Positions 12,862-24,938 of a DNA stretch of 64,000 bases are shown here, piece by piece. Source of the stretch: Daphnia carinata. Lineage: Eukaryota. Made by a program: the position numbers and the translations under genes. The stretch lies in NCBI RefSeq assembly GCF_022539665.2, contig NC_081333.1:6262001-6326000 (forward strand), in the 5' to 3' direction. Within the stretch, counting starts at the first letter, position 1; each line of letters begins with the position of its first letter. The notes beneath the pieces are model-generated. The model was not told the DNA's origin and searched no databases. It was given only the letters and a program-made list of their open reading frames with translations.

Positions 12862-14620
12862 TTTAGGGTTTTAAACCAGCTCTAGCGTTGAATAGATCCG
12901 AAGCAGTTGAAGAATGTTTGCTACACTGATATGGGATATGACCATTCACTCACCAAAAGATTGTATAGCTTTCCCGTTCGTTTGGTTCCTGATTCACCTA
13001 CACATGCAACAGGTGAAATACTTCAGTTAAATCGAATTCCATTTGTTGACAAACAGGCCCCAAATATGAAAGGGCGGACAATCCGACTAAAATGTGAAAC
13101 TTTCTGCGGAATGGAGATGCCTAGTTTCATAGTGAAACTGGTAACTTGAGACCCGACCAAAGGATGGGAATCTTAGATTCGTAATCCTAATTCTTGCCAC
13201 CTCACGAAAACATAGGCAAGGCTATCAGGGAAGTCAGAAGGCTATCGCAACAAAGCCACCCTGATTAAACTCACGTTATGGCTGCGCATCGGCCCAGCAG
13301 TTGTAGCTATTCGTCGACTCAACAATCTTTTGCTCGTCGGCCGCTTGCTGTATCAGTCCGCAGACTATCCCACTGCATTTGTCAGTCGGTCCACCTGGTA
13401 AAGCTATCCGTCGATCCACCCGGTGAAGCTGTTCGTCGTTCCTATCACTGTTTTTGTCCGTCGAAATTTTCGCTACACCTGCCCCTTGACCCACAACTTT
13501 TGACGATTTTCAGATATTTAATCACTAAATTTGACGACTTCCCCCGTGTTTTGGGTAAAAAAACAAATTAGCTCTACATTAATAACTATGATTTATCTAA
13601 GACCAGAGAGCAGTACACGCTGAGTACAAGCTTATGGCGAAACCTTAGGATCTCGAAACAAAGTATCCCACTGTTACCAAATAATGCAACCACAATAAAA
13701 GTGAAGTTTTGAACCAAATGATGTCATAACTTATTATTTATTCGGCGTCCAAGACGCAAGCACTGAGAACATTCAGAATATCTTTTACCAGTGTTTTGGC
13801 AACCCAAAAGCTTGAAGTAGTATTGCCAGAAACTAGAGACATTTTATTCACGCTTTCGGTGAATTCTAGAAATAAGGCATCTACTACTTTCTTACCAAAT
13901 ACTTTTATTTGATATTTATCTGGTATAATTTCTAAAATAGAAAATCCCTTTCTCGACAGCTGGGAATCGTCACGTGAAAGCAGCGTCAGTGCTATTTGAG
14001 CATTCCAGCTAAAGCCCTCTTCGCTGTAAAATAGATTTCCATCCTTACAGAACTGCTTGAGAAGAGCAATCCGGTTAGGAACAAAACGGAGTGTATGGAC
14101 GGGGAACAAATCAAACAGAAGATTGATTCCGAATTCAATCACATTATGAGGATTTTTTTTGGTTATAAATCCATATTCTAAAAACAATTTTTGGTTATCG
14201 TGTGGCCCATAGTTGATGAACACTTGCTGATGTTTCTTTATCTTTTGACTCGAGCGTATTTTGTAGCACTGGCTGTTTTTTTTAAAACGAGCTTCGACGA
14301 CCACATGCGGATCGTGATTAAACATGTCCAAGTACGGTGCTAGAGCCATGTTATTCTCCAGTCCGTCCACGTTAAATGTATCCGAATCTTGATAAAAAAC
14401 TGCTCTTGTATTGACACAATACCAAGCCCATTGAAAACTTTCCAATGTCAAGTTTGGACCAAAATTTTTTTCCCAGATTACCAAAAGGGTTTCATACTTT
14501 TCCACAACATAACTTTGGTTGCATATAATTTTATCTCGAAGAACTTTGGGTAAAACAGCCACTTCTTGGCTCTCACATAATCCTCCAACTGAAAAACTCT
14601 TTGACAGAGTAGAAAGGTAG

Positions 14621-15363
14621 TGTAACGAAGCCAAATAGACATCTTCAACATATATTTCTTCTCGATGTCTTTATTACTCATCAAGGGTGAACATATTAAT
14701 TGCACCGCAACATACGCAGCGCGGGTGACCTAGATGAACACCTGCAAGATGATTCACGCAGGCGATACGTCATCAATATCACGCCATATTGAACGCGTCT
14801 TTTAATTGGTCAACCGCGTGCAGCCTACAAGCTCCTCCCAATCACGCCACTTTGCAATATGCAAAGTTCCGTGGTTAACCCAGCATCTGAGGAAGATCAG
14901 ACTAGAACTTGCAGCCGATTCGAGTAGTTGCCTGAAAGCATTTCTATTATTTTATTAATGTTATGCTTGAATTTGTGCCTTTTACTTGACATTTTATTCG
15001 CCGAGTCAGTCCAGTAAAATTGTTTAGACTTAGAATTATTCGCGGTGATTCGACTGTCTAGTTCCATTTGTTTTGAACTATTGTTTGTGTATCGCTCTCG
15101 TGGAAGTTGCGTATCACGCCCGCCTTGTGTCGTTTTTCTTCTCGTTCTCTATACGTGTGATCACGGTAAGACCCAATTATATTTGTTTCTTTTAACTTGT
15201 TTCTTGAATGTTTCTTCTTCTTCTTTGTTCTTTGTCTTTTTAACTCTTATGTCTTAGCTGATATAATACATACATCATTGTGGGTAAAACGCCTCGAGTT
15301 CAATTTACATTTATTTGTCTTAATCCGTAAAGTCCATATTCCCACACGGGAAGATGCTTTACA
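14621..15363 (-). mobile_element. Solo LTR, 743 bp, in SETD4 coding sequence
   Basis: TGTAA...TTACA ends with a 4-bp TSD (GTAG). One end is shared with the LTR at 494-1264. Confidence 0.88.
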
Positions 15364-15476
15364 GTAGGAAGAATACAATCCATTTATTTTTGAAATCAAA
15401 ATGAAGAAAGTTAAACATTCCGCTGTTGTCATCTTGAAATTTTGCAAAGCAGGGATTTGTGAAATAACGTTTGCTT

Positions 15477-16062
15477 GGTAGCCGGTGAAATAGGGCTGAA
15501 AATTTCCAGTCCTATTTCTACCGGTGAAACAGGACTGGGAGAGATAGTACTGACTTTTAAAAACTTTTAGGACAGTCCTATTTCTCCATGGCATCAGTCC
15601 TATTTCTCCTCGGCATCAGTCCTATTTCTCCTCAGAAATAGTTCTATTTCATTTACCTTGTTCCAAAGGGAACGATGAGCCTCCAATCCGGTAGGCAATG
15701 TATTGCATAAGAGCGCCGGCTTATATCCATTTCTCTTTTTCAAAAACTGATGGCGTTTACTCATTATTTAAATGGTTTACAAATGTTTTATCTCTTATCC
15801 TATTTTTAATTTAAATTACAGGAGAACATGAACTATATTGTATTTAATAGAGTTCATTTAACAAACTACTATTACCCGTACTACAGAAATATTTATTACT
15901 TATATCGCACATTATGTGGTCATAACCAACTTTTCCAACTGAACTAATGTTTTACTATTTCATACATCTTTCGTTATATACAGCTCTTACATATTCTGAT
16001 TTTGCTCTAATAATATTTTATTAAATGAACTCTATTAGATTCAAAATAATGCTCCCAGTCCC
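15477..16062. mobile_element. Non-autonomous Mutator-like (MULE) element in SETD4
   Basis: Perfect 9-bp TSD CGTTTGCTT (15468-15476 and 16063-16071) and GG...CC ends. GAAATAGGAC subterminal repeats are shared with the ends at 28083 and 34666. Confidence 0.8.
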
Positions 16063-16457
16063 CGTTTGCTTTAGTAATAAGAAGATTTTTAGGGATTCTT
16101 ACTATGAGGCTATTTGGAGCTAAGTTGGACATGGCCATGAGGCCACGTCCAGTGTCACTAAACACACCTGGTTTTGTTTTTAAGCAATCTTTTGAAGCAG
16201 CGTTCCACCTATTTGCACTCATCCATTTGCACAATTCAACGAATTCCGGATTTGAGTCGATTACAACAGGGCGAAAACATTGACTTTCTATCCGCCGTTT
16301 ACCAATTCTGGATGTTCGTCCCATGTTTTCATTGAAAAAAGTTTCAAGTCACTAAAGCAGTAAAGCTTGTCCCACAGTATGTCATCATCTTGTCGGCGGT
16401 GCCAAACTTTATTTATTTTTATTTTCACCTTTTTAAAGACTAATGTTCAACTAGACA

Positions 16458-16807
16458 CAGTGTTTCCACTTTCCGCAAAAAGGTATCCCTAGAACGTTGC
16501 CTACAAATCCCTATTTAAAAAAAAAAATCCTCAGAAAAATCCCTGTTACTTTCTGAAAAGCGCACCGTTCACCATTGTCCGCTTGGTGGCTCTTATTGAG
16601 GAACATTTTACTTTTGAAGTTGCATAGAAGCGCCAAAAGCAACAGCGGTTGTGCCAAAAATCTCAAAATCCCGAGAAATCCCCAGAAAATTAAATAGGCC
16701 CTGGACAATCCCTGAAACCCTAGATTTCCAAAACTGCACCCTAGGTTCCAAAAATTTTCCTTAAATCCCCCCTAAATAGGGTTATATCCCTAGAAATGGA
16801 ATGGCTG
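16458..16807. mobile_element. hAT-like MITE with CCCTAG subrepeats
   Basis: CAG...CTG imperfect TIRs. The left flank is ACTAGACA; the right flank begins ACT and is then cut by the next element. Confidence 0.45.
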
Positions 16808-16810
16808 ACT

Positions 16811-17285
16811 CATGGCCTACTATAATAAACGGCCAGCAAGCGCGCAATACCCCCTGCGCCTAAAACTAAATTGCCAGAGGGGCTTAATACCCCAAACCGA
16901 GCTCCACTTTCCACTGTTTGGTAACTAATACAGAATCGAAATTAGTGGAAAAAACAGTGGAAAGTGGAACTAGCGCCGCGCGTGGCCAGCTACCGTTACG
17001 AAAGGAGAAACAAGAAATAATTGTTATGGTATCGAACACGGGTCTCCCGCATTGCAATAGAGTGTTCTATCCCATAGACCATTGTGTTTATACGAACATT
17101 ATGACCGGGCCACTAGTAGATCTGCTCCTTTGCCATTCAGTGGCAAAAGTCGAGGAAATCGGAATGGGTGGAATGCAGCTGCGGTAGGTGGAATTCGATT
17201 TGGGGTATTAGGCCCCTCTGGCAATTTTAGTTTTAGGCGCAGGGGGTATTGCATGCTTACTGGCCGTTTATTATAGTAGGCCATG
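16811..17285. mobile_element. MITE with CATGGCCTACTATAATAAACGGCC TIRs (P-type termini) carrying a tRNA-like A/B-box cassette
   Basis: TIRs of about 80 bp. The internal segment is shared with 39060-39320, 51696-52282 and 54195-54783. No 7-8 bp TSD is retained. Confidence 0.75.
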
Positions 17286-18004
17286 CTGAGAACAAAGGGT
17301 GACGCTTTGCTTAAACGTTGCCAATTTGCGAAAGTCGCGTAGTTACCAATTTTAAAAAATTTGTCTCCCCCCTTTTTTATTTTGAAATATTATTTGTATG
17401 AATATTACTACCGTCAAGTAGAACAAAACAAGCATTTTTAACTGTTTTTTATTTGCCAAATTTGCATCTAAATCTCTTAAACAATAAATATTGCAGGATG
17501 AATTATAAAGTTTTAAATTTATATTCTTCTCTTGCCGGGATTAGTATGCCGTAACAAACCTATTCAAAATTAACATAGTTAAATTAGAATTTTAGATGAA
17601 AAACTTATTCATGTTACTTTACTTACCTTTACTCGTCTTCGAAATTTGCAGCGGAGTATCCTTTTTGGTCCTTGGCTGGACAGATTTTAATAAGATGATT
17701 TTTTGCATAGTAGACGCTACAGAATGCGTAAAATGTACGTTCGGTATAAGACGATGTTTCGTTGGTGCCGTTCAGAATGCCATAACCTGGACCTTCGAAA
17801 ATAATTTGGATTGACACTTCAGCCACATAATTTCCGGCGAAGAAAATCACGAGGGTAATGAGGAATGACTTCATTTTACAATAGGCTACTGCGAACGCCC
17901 GTCAGATTTTCATTCCTTCTATGATAGCAACGCATCATTCCCTTCCGTGTGTTGTCCGCAGTTCGGACCATCTGTCCCCTACAGATGGGTCAACGTATTT
18001 TCGC

Positions 18005-19304
18005 TAACTGTTCGTATTTCCAAATAGTAATGAGGCGCGTGAAACAATCACTGGGCAACCTTGCGCAATATCTACAAATATTTATCTTTCTGAAAATTGC
18101 AGTCGTTTAAAATTTTAAGCCTATTTGCGTTATACCTGTTAATGATGGCGATGGCGTTTGGTAAAGAAGCATAAGATTTTGAAGCGTCCCCAGAAGTGTA
18201 CGGTTTCCCAATTTTATTGAGCATATCTTCAGTGTGATTGACGAACTCGGCCAAAGAGCTGTGATAGCCATTTTTACTTAGCAGAATTTGTTCAGTGGCA
18301 TGGAAGTGATAGAGATTCACCAGTAATTCATCTATGGGCTCCTTCTCGACCATCAGAATATAATGATTTTTTTAGAGTGCGCTCGAGCATTTGAATGAAC
18401 AGACGCCCAGTGAATTTGTGGCATATCGTACCGGATAACCAGATGGCAAGCTGGAACGTCAATACTATCCTCTAGAACGCTCGTGGCTACGAGAATATTA
18501 CAATAGTGACTACGAAAACGTTTCATAACGTCTTCCTGCTTCCGATTTTCCCTTTCTATTTCCTTAACGGTCATGCCTACAACCCGATCAACGGTATACA
18601 GAGGACTTAGATGCGCTAACTGAGGGGCGCATCGACTTAATCCTAGACAACAATAAATTAAAATATTTAATCTAACAAGATAATGTAACATCATCTTTTG
18701 CTTACCTTTAATATATGATAGAGTAGTTTGGCTGTAGTGCGCCTCTCAGTGAAAATCATTCAACATAGCTGATAAGCGTCTTCTCGAGTTCGGTGATGAC
18801 GTGCAGGGAAATCAGGATGACTGCGACGACTTATGTGACCCCTGACCCGACTGAGTTGTTGGCCGACGCACAAAGGACGGGCCACACTCAGGTAACTCTA
18901 CGGGCTGTAATGTTTCCGTAAAATATGTTTGAACTTGATCAGCGATATCGTCAGCATGAACTAATACGGTGGAATCGGTTGGCTCTGATGTGTCGTTAAT
19001 TCCGGGCATTTTTGAAGTTATTGGCGGTCGATAAATACAGAGTATGTCCAAAAGGCGAAGAACTTTAGGGTAGCTATTCTACGTTCATATTCGGAGTATC
19101 GCTGAAATTCTTCTTCGCACAATGACCTACAAAATGGAATATAAAGAATGAAAAATATTTTGATATCATTACCATTAGAAATCCAACCGCATTTCAAGTA
19201 AAACTGTGAAGACTAAGCACAGAAGAAGATAGTGTCTTTTATAAACTGCTTTGGTTTTTAATTTTTCCAATGAATGAGGTAAACCAGAGCAACAGCACCG
19301 TCTG
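18005..19304 (-). pseudogene. Dcr-1: Inverted duplicate of the Dicer-1 fragment
   Basis: Mirror ORFs at 18072-18353, 18353-18694 and 18812-19051. Confidence 0.88.
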
Positions 19305-21180
19305 GATTTACGAACGGGTGACACGTTTACACCAAGAGATACTGAGGTTTTCGATTTTTCTATCCTTAAAACATAGTTTTTCCTCTGTTAAACCACAGTT
19401 CACTCATAGTTGTCTGTCAAATTATGTGATATTTATTATTGTCTTCATAATTTTGTAGGTGGAACGTTTTGAATCTGCTAAATCCAAAAACACCATTGCA
19501 TGTTCAAAAGCAGATTTGGAGGAGATGTTTGTTGCTGTAATGTTAATTCCTGCGAAAGCTTGTGAAGTTTGCAGGTATGTTTTTGTATTATTCCCAGTAT
19601 TCTAAGGTATCTTTCTGATGATCTATTTAATCAGTTCACCCAACAACTCAAGAGGTTTTTCCTCAGTATAATACCTTACAGCAACAGTTAAATTCGCACT
19701 TCAACGATCTACCTACTTTACGTTTATGTTAGTGGTTGTTGCTATTAGTAATATTGTTTTGCTTTTGTAGCAGGTTTTGATTTTCTTTCTTTGTACTTAT
19801 TTGTTTTCATTATAGAAAAAATTTATCCCCATCACGGCTGCAATTCAGAACTATTTCATTATCTTAGGCCCTTGGGGGAGCAGACGGTGCTGTTGCTCTG
19901 GTTTACCTCATTCATTGGAAAAATTTAAAACCAAAGCAGTTGATAAAAGACACTATCTTCTTCTGTGCTTAGTCTTCACAGTTTTACTTGAAATGCGGTT
20001 GGATTTCTAATGGTAGTGATATCAAAATATTTTTCATTCTTTATATTCCATTTTGTAGGTCATTGTGCAAAGAAGAATTTCAGCGATACTCCGAATATGA
20101 ACGTAGAATAGCTACCCTAAAGTTCTTCGCCTTTTGGACATACTCTGTATTTATCGACCGCCAATAACTTCAAAATTGCCCGGAATTAACGACACATCAG
20201 AGCCAACCGATTCCACCGTATTAGTTCATGCTAACGATCTCGCTGATCAAGTTCAAACATATTTTACGGAAACATTACAGCCCGTAGAGTTACCTGAGTG
20301 TGGCCCGTCCTTTGTGCGTCGGCCAACAACTCAGTCGGGTCAGGAGTCACATAAGTCGTCGCAGTCGTCCTGATTTCCCTGCACGTCATCACCGAACTCG
20401 AGAAGACGCTTATCAGCTATGTTGAATGATTTTCACTGAGAGGCGCACTACAGCCAAACTACTCTATCATATATTAAAGGTAAGCAAAAGATGATGTTAC
20501 ATTATCTTGTTAGATTAAATATTTTAATTTATTGTTGTCTAGGATTAAGTCGATGCGCCCCTCAGTTAGCGCATCTAAGTCCTCTGTATACCGTTGATCG
20601 GGTTGTAGGCATGACCGTTAAGGAAATAGAAAGGGAAAATCGGAAGCAGGAAGACGTTATGAAACGTTTACGTAGTCACTATTGTAATATTCTCGTAGCC
20701 ACGAGCGTTCTAGAGGATAGTATTGACGTTCCAGCTTGCCATCTGGTTATCCGGTACGATATGCCACAAATTCACTGGGCGTCTGTTCATTCAAATGCTC
20801 GAGCGCACTCTAAAAAAATCATTATATTCTGATGGTCGAGAAGGAGCCCATAGATGAATTACTGGTGAATCTCTATCACTTCCATGCCACTGAACAAATT
20901 CTGCTAAGTAAAAATGGCTATCACAGCTCTTTGACCGAGTTCGTCAATCACACTGAAGATATGCTCAATAAAATTGGGAAACCGTACACTTCTGGTGACG
21001 CTTCAAAATCTTATGCTTCTTTACCAAACGCCATCGCCATCATTAACAGGTATAACGCAAATAGGCTTAAAATTTTAAACGACTGCAATTTTCAGAAAGA
21101 TAAATATTTGTAGATATTGCGCAAGGTTGCCCAGTGATTGTTTCACGCGCCTCATTACTATTTGGAAATACGAACAGTTA
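19305..21180 (+). pseudogene. Dcr-1: Dicer-1 5' fragment (helicase and DUF283), degenerate, with introns
   Basis: The spacer encodes TFTPRDTE/VERFESAKSKNTIAC...FVAVMLI. Downstream come LGPWG...KRHYLLLCLV, TPKVLRLLDIL, KQEDVMKR.RSH.CNILVATSVLE..ID.P.C.LV.RYD, NAIAIINRY/CARLPSDCFTRL. The middle of the helicase is deleted, and stops and frameshifts are present. Confidence 0.88.
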
Positions 21181-22050
21181 GCGAAAATACGTTGACCCAT
21201 CTGTAGGGGACAGATGGTCCGAACTGCGGACAACACACGGAAGGGAATGATGCGTTGCTATCATAGAAGGAATGAAAATCTGACGGGCGTCCGCAGTAGC
21301 CTATTGTAAAATGAAGTCATTCCTCATTACCCTCGTGATTTTCTTCGCCGGAAATTATGTGGCTGAAGTGTCAATCCAAATTATTTTCGAAGGTCCAGGT
21401 TATGGCATTCTGAACGGCACCAACGAAACATCGTCTTATACCGAACGTACATTTTACGCATTCTGTAGCGTCTACTATGCAAAAAATCATCTTATTAAAA
21501 TCTGTCCAGCCAAGGACCAAAAAGGATACTCCGCTGCAAATTTCGAAGACGAGTAAAGGTAAGTAAAGTAACATGAATAAGTTTTTCATCTAAAATCTAA
21601 TTTAACTATGTTAATTTTGAATAGGTTTGTTACGGCATACTAATCCCGGCAAAGGAAGAATATAAATTTAAAACTTTATAATTCATCCTGCAATATTTAT
21701 TGTTTAAGAGATTTAGATGCAAATTTGGCAAATAAAAAACAGTTAAAAATGCTTGTTTTGTTCTACTTGACGGTAGTAATATTCATACAAATAATATTTC
21801 AAAATAAAAAAGGGGGAGACAAATTTTTTAAAATTGGCAACTACGCGACTTTCGCAAATTGGCAACGCTTAAGCAAAGCGTCACCCTTTGTTCTCAGTCT
21901 TCCTTGTCGTTCAGTGGAGTGTAGGACTCCATTTTTTTTGCTCTTGTTTTACGAATATTTTTAGAAATATTTGAAAAGAAGAAAAGTTATAATTTGAATA
22001 GTTGAAAATCTGAAAAGGATGCCATCGACTGAAGAGTTGAAGCTGGCATG

Positions 22051-22228
22051 TCTATCTGTAGATCAAAGGAATTTGATACCTGACTTGACCGACAATAGAA
22101 GCGTTTGTTCCCAAGAGCAAGCAGGCTCGCATCATAGTACATGTTTAAATTCATTTTGCACGTCCAGTGCTTCAAGTCGGCTAATTTCAAACAGCTGAAT
22201 TGAAATGATGACTAAAGTTTTAAATGAC
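22051..22228 (+). repeat. Diverged copy of 7694-7870 (CEP78-like 3' region)
   Basis: TCTATCTGTAGATCAAAGGAATTTGATACCTGACTTGACC... is shared with 7694 onward. Confidence 0.85.
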
Positions 22229-22264
22229 GAATAAAGAATTAATTGGCCTCATAAAATTTCATTA

Positions 22265-23861
22265 TTGCTAGATATTGTTCAGCGTTTTGACAGCAACGTC
22301 CTCGCACCCTTTTTACCACCCAAATATAAATATGTTGTATCCGTAGGGTTGTCAGAGCTCCAAATTCGCCTTTACCTTTATTGTCTGGAAAATCACACTA
22401 AAGGAGGGTGCATCCAGCCCTACGGAAATCAAGGTGAAAGTGCTGGATTGTTCAGCGACTTTCAGCAGCTTGGCCGAGTTTGGACTCATCCAAAGGCTTT
22501 GCTTTTAGCGCGTAACCGTCCGGATTCAAGGAGCTCAACTCGACATGCCGTATCAAAAATTCCCACAGGCGGTGAAGGAAAAGCAAAAAAAAAATGTCAA
22601 GGACGACGATGACGACGATTACCTCATGAGGACCGAGGAACCAATGCTCGGTAAATATCTTGATTTTCACTATTTCCCTATTAAAAACTTTCTCCTTTGA
22701 CGCATGCTTTGAAAACAAAAACACCGAAAATAGGCGAGGATGCGTGTATGCAAGACTCGGTTGACCAAGCTTTAACGCCGTCTAGCAGGTGGTCAGACTT
22801 AATCTCAGAAAACGAAATTAACAACATAGAACATAGTGGAAAATTTGTTTTGCTGATGGATTTTCTTCGGGTGTGCGAGCCGATAGGCTATAAATTATTG
22901 GTCTTCAGCCAGTCGCTCACAAACCTAGATCTGATTGAAGAGTTTCTTGCAATTGAAAATTCAAAAAATCAGTTAAGAAGCACTAACGACACCGATCAGG
23001 CAAGTGTTACATTTTACCAAGCACCGATGTTTGCGGTTATAATTTCTCTTTGTAGAAGATTATTGGTGGCACATGGAATATTAATACCGATTTTTTTCGA
23101 CTGGATGGCTCGGCGTCTTACGAACAGCGTCTTAACTCGTGCCGAGCGTTCAATGACGCTCAGAATCCCCGTTCGCGTTTGTTTATAATCTCAACTAGGG
23201 CTGGCGGTATAGGCATAAATTTGGTAGGAGCCAATCGCGCCATTATTTTTGATGCGTCATGGAACCCTTCGCACGATCTGCAAAGTGTCTTCCGAGTTTA
23301 CCGGTACAAAATTTGTCTTATTTGATAGCATCCGTAAATCTTTATTAAATTTTTTATGCAGTTTGGGACAAAAGAAGCCGTGTTACATTTATCGCTTCGT
23401 AGCTCAGGGAACTATGGAAGAAAAAATCTATTATCGTCAGGTTAGCCAAATAAAATAAAAGTTCGTTTGACACGTTTGCTTGCTGACGTTACTTTCCCCT
23501 TGCACAGGTAGCCAAACTTTCACTGTCAAGGCGTATTGTTGATGAAGAAAAAATCGATCGTTACTTCGGCTCAAACGATTTGTCTGACCTCTATACATTT
23601 AATGCCGATGGCCAGTTATCGTTACCGGCTATAATTCGAGAGCGTGAGGACTCTTCTCTTCTTGACGACAACCTACTAGCTGGAGTCGCAGTTCGAAAGA
23701 AAAAGTGGGTTGGTGGGTACCAAGCACACGATTCTTTACTTCAAAATCGCCCTGAAGAACATCTCGAAGATAGTGAGCAGCAAGTCATATGGAAAATATT
23801 TCAAACAGAAAAAGAAAAAGAAACTTCATTGACGCTTGCAAGCTCGCAAACAACTCTTTGA
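22265..23861 (+). pseudogene. ATRX: ATRX/XNP-like SNF2 helicase, C-terminal half only
   Basis: Motifs [113 protein letters not shown]. No N-terminal ATPase lobe, and an apparent frameshift in the A-run near 22590. Confidence 0.85.
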
Positions 23862-24427
23862 AGAAGTTGGTTTTTTTAGAACCTGAGAAGGGTGTGGGGA
23901 AGTGATCACTGCCATATTACGCATTTCCTTATTGTATCTACGTCGCATCGCAAGCATCAATCATGTAATTCTGTTGAATTTCTTTTTTATTTTTTGTTAA
24001 TTTCTAAATAGATTTTTTTCCCATCCAGTTCTAATCCAGCGGGTAATGTAACATGTTTGCGTAATTAGTGTCTACGAAAATTAAGTACAATTTAATGGAA
24101 CTGTTGTATTCAAGAAAAGCACGAGACCATCAGCACGAAGAGAAGCACTAGGCCATGAAAGTACTAAACAAACACGTAGCGTACATCCTATCATATAGTT
24201 CATACAAATGTGAAAACGACTGGTGGGAGGGTGTTAAATGAGCTCGTTTATTTGAACACCTGTTAACACACCTGAGTAAGCGCCCCAGAATCCTATCGAC
24301 CCAAAATTCGTTTTTGTCATTGCAGGTTTTAACCTGTACGACACTTTGTGTTTAATGGTATTGCGTTGGAATTGTGGCAGTTGGAATTAGTACAATTTTA
24401 CTGTCGCTTGGTTTGGTGCTCATCAAA

Positions 24428-24768
24428 ATGAGGTCTAGTTACGTTTTTCTTTTAATAGTGGTAGTGGGTACTACAATCGCTTCCTCCGAATTCAAGCCAA
24501 ATCCTGATGTAGACGAATGTTGGGAACGTTTTAAGGTAAACATCCCTTCCACCTGCCTCTCCTAAGATATACTTCTTTGATGTCGAACTCTTAACCGAAT
24601 GCTTATTCATTTCAGGTAAGATTTCGAAAAACGTATGCTAGTGATGCTGAAGAACTGAAAAGACGGGAAATTTGGGAGAAGAACATCGCTAACATCGACA
24701 AACACAATGAAGAGTACAAGGAAGGCAAACATTCCTACACGCTTGCAGAGAACAAATACGCTGACATG
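24428..24768 (+). CDS. Cathepsin-L propeptide / I29 inhibitor domain with signal peptide (exons 24428-24535 and 24616-24768; 3' end not found)
   Basis: MRSSYVFLLIVVVGTTIASS...WERFK/VRFRKTY.SDAEE.KRREIWEKN...IDKHNEEY..GKHSYTL..NKYADM carries ERFNIN-like and N-x-F/Y-x-D motifs. GT-AG intron of 80 bp. Confidence 0.8.
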
Positions 24769-24938
24769 GTATCTATACTATATAAAAAAAAAACAAGGAA
24801 AAGGGGAGGAACCTGTGTCTTTCACATTGCGTTTTTTGTGATTGGCGTCAAAACCGCCGCGGCTGAAGTGAATTTACGGGATGGGGATTTGGAAGACTAA
24901 AATGTTGGTGGAAATGCGGATTTTGGGCAATTTTTTAG

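Larger units (their letters stand above)
13738..16324 (-). pseudogene. SETD4: SET domain-containing protein 4, disrupted by two insertions
   Basis: Motifs MGRTSR..KRR, TGRGLMA, WAWYCVNTRAV, LAPYLDMFNH, QVFINYGPHDN.KLFLEYGF. Removing the two insertions gives a continuous frame (...LLITKANVIS...YSSYLSTL...). Confidence 0.88.
17286..21897. repeat. Long inverted repeat: arms 17286-19304 and 19881-21897, 576-bp spacer
   Basis: The arms are reverse complements along their whole length, with scattered substitutions and small indels. The ORF track shows mirror-image ORFs. Confidence 0.97.

Noticed and set aside
21311..21556. 81-aa secreted peptide (and its mirror at 17629-17874)
   Set aside because: It has a hydrophobic start but no recognisable family. 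Duplication explains the two copies, and the faint PAZ resemblance is too weak to call.
17286..21897. Inverted repeat as a pure assembly artefact
   Set aside because: The arms differ by multiple substitutions and indels, and one breakpoint coincides with a TE end. Not fully excluded without reads.
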